64,000 nt of DNA from Vicugna vicugna. Its lineage: Eukaryota. Below, one piece after another: positions 60,521 to 64,000 of this stretch. Under the pieces are notes generated by a model. It was given only the letters and a program-made list of their open reading frames with translations. It ran no database searches and was not told where the DNA came from. The DNA lies in the NCBI GenBank assembly GCA_013265495.1, contig MU057560.1, forward strand, positions 186,001-250,000, written 5' to 3'. Each line of letters starts with the position of its first letter. The stretch's first letter is position 1. The position numbers were made by a program, and so were the translations under genes.

Positions 60521-61919
60521 TGCAGCGTGTCAGAGACATTCATTTCAAAGCAACTGGACTTCCCTTTTCTTTCAAGTAATTCTATGAGATTTCCACTGGG
60601 CAACATTTAGTGCCTGAATTAGAAGCAAAATCGTCTGTTGGGTTTTTTTCCCTTAAAAAGAACAATCCGTAAGACCTGTCACCAGTGCACCCTGGCCTTT
60701 CCAAATGCTTCTTCTTCTTTCTTTCTTTCTTTTTTTTTTTTTTTTTCAGTTTTTAGAACGTGCTCTTCTGGGTCACACTGCAATAAGGATTCCTGTTTTT
60801 CTGTGCATGCTAAACTTAAGTTATCTATTTTCTCTGGACCCTAAATGGCAGATCTGGACAGTCTCTTCTCAGCTTCATAACGGTTTTTTTTCCCCTTTTT
60901 ATTTTGTGACAGAGGAGGTCCCATAGAGTTGGTGAAAAAATTCTTTGGTGGACCCTGTTTAACGACTTCCCCAAAGACGTGTTCTTGCTTACTGTGTGCG
61001 GAAGACTAATGACATCGTATCAAATGCCTGTCTCTGCAGTGACTCCTTACAACGCATTAGAATTGACTCCTGTTCTCTTGGTGTTGTCTTGCAGATAAAT
61101 ACTAAGACGTCCATTCATTTCAGATTCCACAGGAAAAAAACAAACAAAAAAACCCTCTTCACAACCATTTAAACACACTCTGTACCAGCTGCTTCGCTAA
61201 CTTACCTCTCAGTGGGCTCAGCAAACCCAGCAGGTGTGATTGCTGTTAAACTCCTGCCTCCCACCTGAGTTAATGAGCTGGGGGACTTGGCCCCACGTCC
61301 AGTGCGGCCGGAAGGGCACCCAGGGGTTCCCAACAGGACGGCGTGGCTCCAGCCCAGACCCGTCCATGGCACTGCGTGTCCCCTCCCTGAGCCAGCGGGC
61401 TCGTTGTATTCCTTACAACTTTGCATACCTTCAGCGCTCCTCTAAACTGTTCAGCTAATAATATATTTTTACATAGTTTTGTTTCAATTCACAAAGTAGA
61501 AAAACACATTTTGGGTTTCATTTCGAGCTAATTTAATGAGTAGACGTCATTAGTTTGGGCCCATGGTTGGGTTTACATTAAACGCACATTGAGCAGCTCA
61601 TACGGAGGTCTTCACAGCCTGGTTGGGAACATGAGGCGTGCCCAGGGGTGGACAGAGCTGGGATCACAGCCACAGACACGCACAGGGTTCTGATTTTGGA
61701 TGGAAGGAAGAAACGTGGTGATGGGCCTTGAAGTCAGGCCACCGTGGGTCCCAGTGGCACCGCCTGGCTCACCACGCAGACTCGATCCAGCTGTCAGACT
61801 CTCAGAGCCCAGCCTCCTGCTCTCGGACCAACAGCAACGACCCTGTGGGGTCATTTTGAAGAAATCACGGGAAGGTCCGAGCACAGCACCGATTCTCCTT
61901 ATAGCTTTTTCCTTTGGCC

Positions 61920-62075
61920 ATTCATTAGCTTTACGAACTTTTGGGATGTTGCTTAACTTCTCCAGGACTGGCTTTCTTCTCGTCAAATGGCAAAATTAAA
62001 TACCTGTTTTGTCTACACTTAGAGGTTTTTATAAGGGTCGAATGAGATAATAGGGCTTGAAAGCATTTGGAAAAT
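61920..62075 (+). mobile_element. MIR SINE
   Basis: gttgcttaacttctcc...tttcttctcgtcaaatgg...agaggtttttataagggtcgaatgagataa. Confidence 0.7.
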
Positions 62076-64000
62076 ATCCAAAGGGAAGCTTCTATGATTA
62101 ACGACCCTGATGGCCATTCCGATGACATCAGCGGGGGGACACTGGGCAAAACAGACTTGCCAGTGCTTAACTCCAGGCATGGCGGTGACTACAGCAGTGA
62201 GTACATATCAAGTCTTTTTTTCTTTATGTTTTCAATATAGATATAAGAAACTTGTAGATTTTTTTAACCTCAAAAGTTTTAACTTTAAATAAGCTTTTTT
62301 TTTCATCTGTTATATAAGATGGCCCTTTTCCTCTCACTTTGCTATATACAATTTTGATGATCAAATTACACAAACCTTACTTTTTGAAGCTGTTTTATTA
62401 TTTTATATTAAACTGGACATATGTTTATGTATCTCTCACCTGCTGAGAATGTCAGCATCTACTTTGTTTTGACATTTAACATAAAGAGAAATCTGATTTA
62501 TTTTTCAGCACGATTTAGGCTTAAATGAAGTTATCTTTCCTTCATTTATGTGCAAATGTCTACCTCCCTGTAAGATTTTCCCAACATCTCAGAGTGTTCT
62601 CATGGAATCACAAACTAAACAAACTAATAGGGCATTTTAAGGTTTGAGCACGGAGTTCCCTGTTCAAATGAGCTGGAGGAATTCATGGATTAAAAGGAAA
62701 CAATTCCCTGAAGACTTTACCCCTATCGGGTGTTGGATTGTGGTTGCGGCAGAAAAACAGCAAGTTGAAAGCAGCGTGTGGGTAGAGGAAAGAAAAAAAA
62801 AAAACAAACAAAAAAATCCAGAAATACCTAATTATGCGATCTGCCTAAATGTAACCAGGTAGAAGAGAGATGCCACATGCAGGACACCTTTCCACGCTCA
62901 GCAGTGTCACCTCTCACAAAACACGCATAAATAAGTGGGTAAAAATGCTGCAAGTCAAACCCTAGGAATTTAGGAAGTGTTTGGCTTTTTTTCTTTCATT
63001 TGAAAATGATCCTGCCATCTCTTAAAATTTCTAAGCAACGCCTACGTAGTATATACATGCTCTTTAATTCATGGTCTCTGAGTAGACCCGGCCCCACCAG
63101 GCCTTCCTCTCGGGGCCTGGAGAGCATGTGTTTTCCCGCTGAGAGCCCCTCCAAGCTCGGTGGTGTGGCCTTTTCAAATTGAACTTGAACCACTTGGTAT
63201 GCAAGTTCTTTTGGTCCTGGCCAAACATGACTTCCTGTTTCTGAGAAGAAGGGCTTAAAGAGTCTCATAAAAAGACTCAAAGGGCTTCTTGGATATCAAA
63301 GGGTCCTTACAAAACATTGTTTGACGAGTTAAGTGTATGGAATAAGAAACACACGGAATTCATTTCCTTCAAAATGCACATGGGATTAAGAATTATGGAG
63401 AAAAGGGCTTAGGAAAATACATTTGAGTTTTTATCAAACTTAACTTAAAATGTGTAAAACATAACTTGAGTTGCATTAAATATATAAATCATGGCTAAAA
63501 TTATCTCTTAAAATGTGCAACTGTTTATACACAAATACACTCAGAGAGAAGATGAACCTATAAAATAAAGTGATAGATTTTTTAAGGTTCATAATAGAAA
63601 TTTTACATCCAAATGAATCTTTGTTTCAAAACAGACAGCTTGCAAAGCGCTTACACAATGCAACATTCCCGCACCCCTCTGCCTCCCACCCCAGCACCGC
63701 CACCTACAAAGCAACATGCCTTCTTTGTTGCAAAGTTGTCTTCAGAGTTTGGAAAACATGGTTTTGAATAGTTTCAGCCTTCATTTTATGGCTATATTTG
63801 GGGAAAAAACACACACATTTCACTTAACATCAAGTCTCCTGTATAAATTAAGTGATAAATTTGGGAATTCTAATTTAGGCTTAAGAAAATCAGATGTGAT
63901 TTCATTGTGGGTCTCTTAACTGGTTCTCTGACAGTCACAACACAGGAGATCCAAAAGCATTTAGAGCCATGGAATCATTCTTAGAAGAAACAATCAGTCT

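Noticed and set aside
1..64000. A novel multi-gene biological system
   Set aside because: No coding genes, operon-like structure or unexplained long ORFs; the visible structure is accounted for by known mammalian repeat classes and unique non-coding DNA

Overview
Mammalian (eutherian) non-coding genomic DNA, either intergenic or deep intronic. I found no protein-coding exon of a recognisable host gene. The only ORF-track proteins I recognise are LINE-1 remnants: the ORF2p C-terminus at 34819-35166 and an ORF1-like piece at 38678-38875. The window is a mosaic of interspersed repeats: about 14 MLT1 (MaLR) LTR pieces, two MLT2 (ERVL) LTRs, two ERV1-type solo LTRs, old L1M/L1ME fragments, younger cetartiodactyl-type L1 3' ends, many MIR and L2 fragments, and hAT DNA transposons (Charlie1a, MER5A, MER53). 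The L1 3' UTR type, plus no visible Alu, Bov-tA/BovB, PRE-1, CHR or SINEC elements, suggests a camelid genome (inference). The main curiosities are a tailless 3'-truncated 5S rRNA retrocopy with a TSD inside an MLT2 LTR, two very short twin-primed (5'-inverted) L1 insertions, and a tail-to-tail L2 pair forming a pre-miRNA-sized hairpin. There is also a perfect 131-bp-period duplication joined by C12G15 in a CpG-rich old LTR, and an MLT1A LTR whose TSD creates a consensus splice donor. I see no support for a novel multi-gene biological system. Repeat subfamily names come from recalled consensus sequences and need RepeatMasker/Dfam confirmation; most boundaries are approximate.
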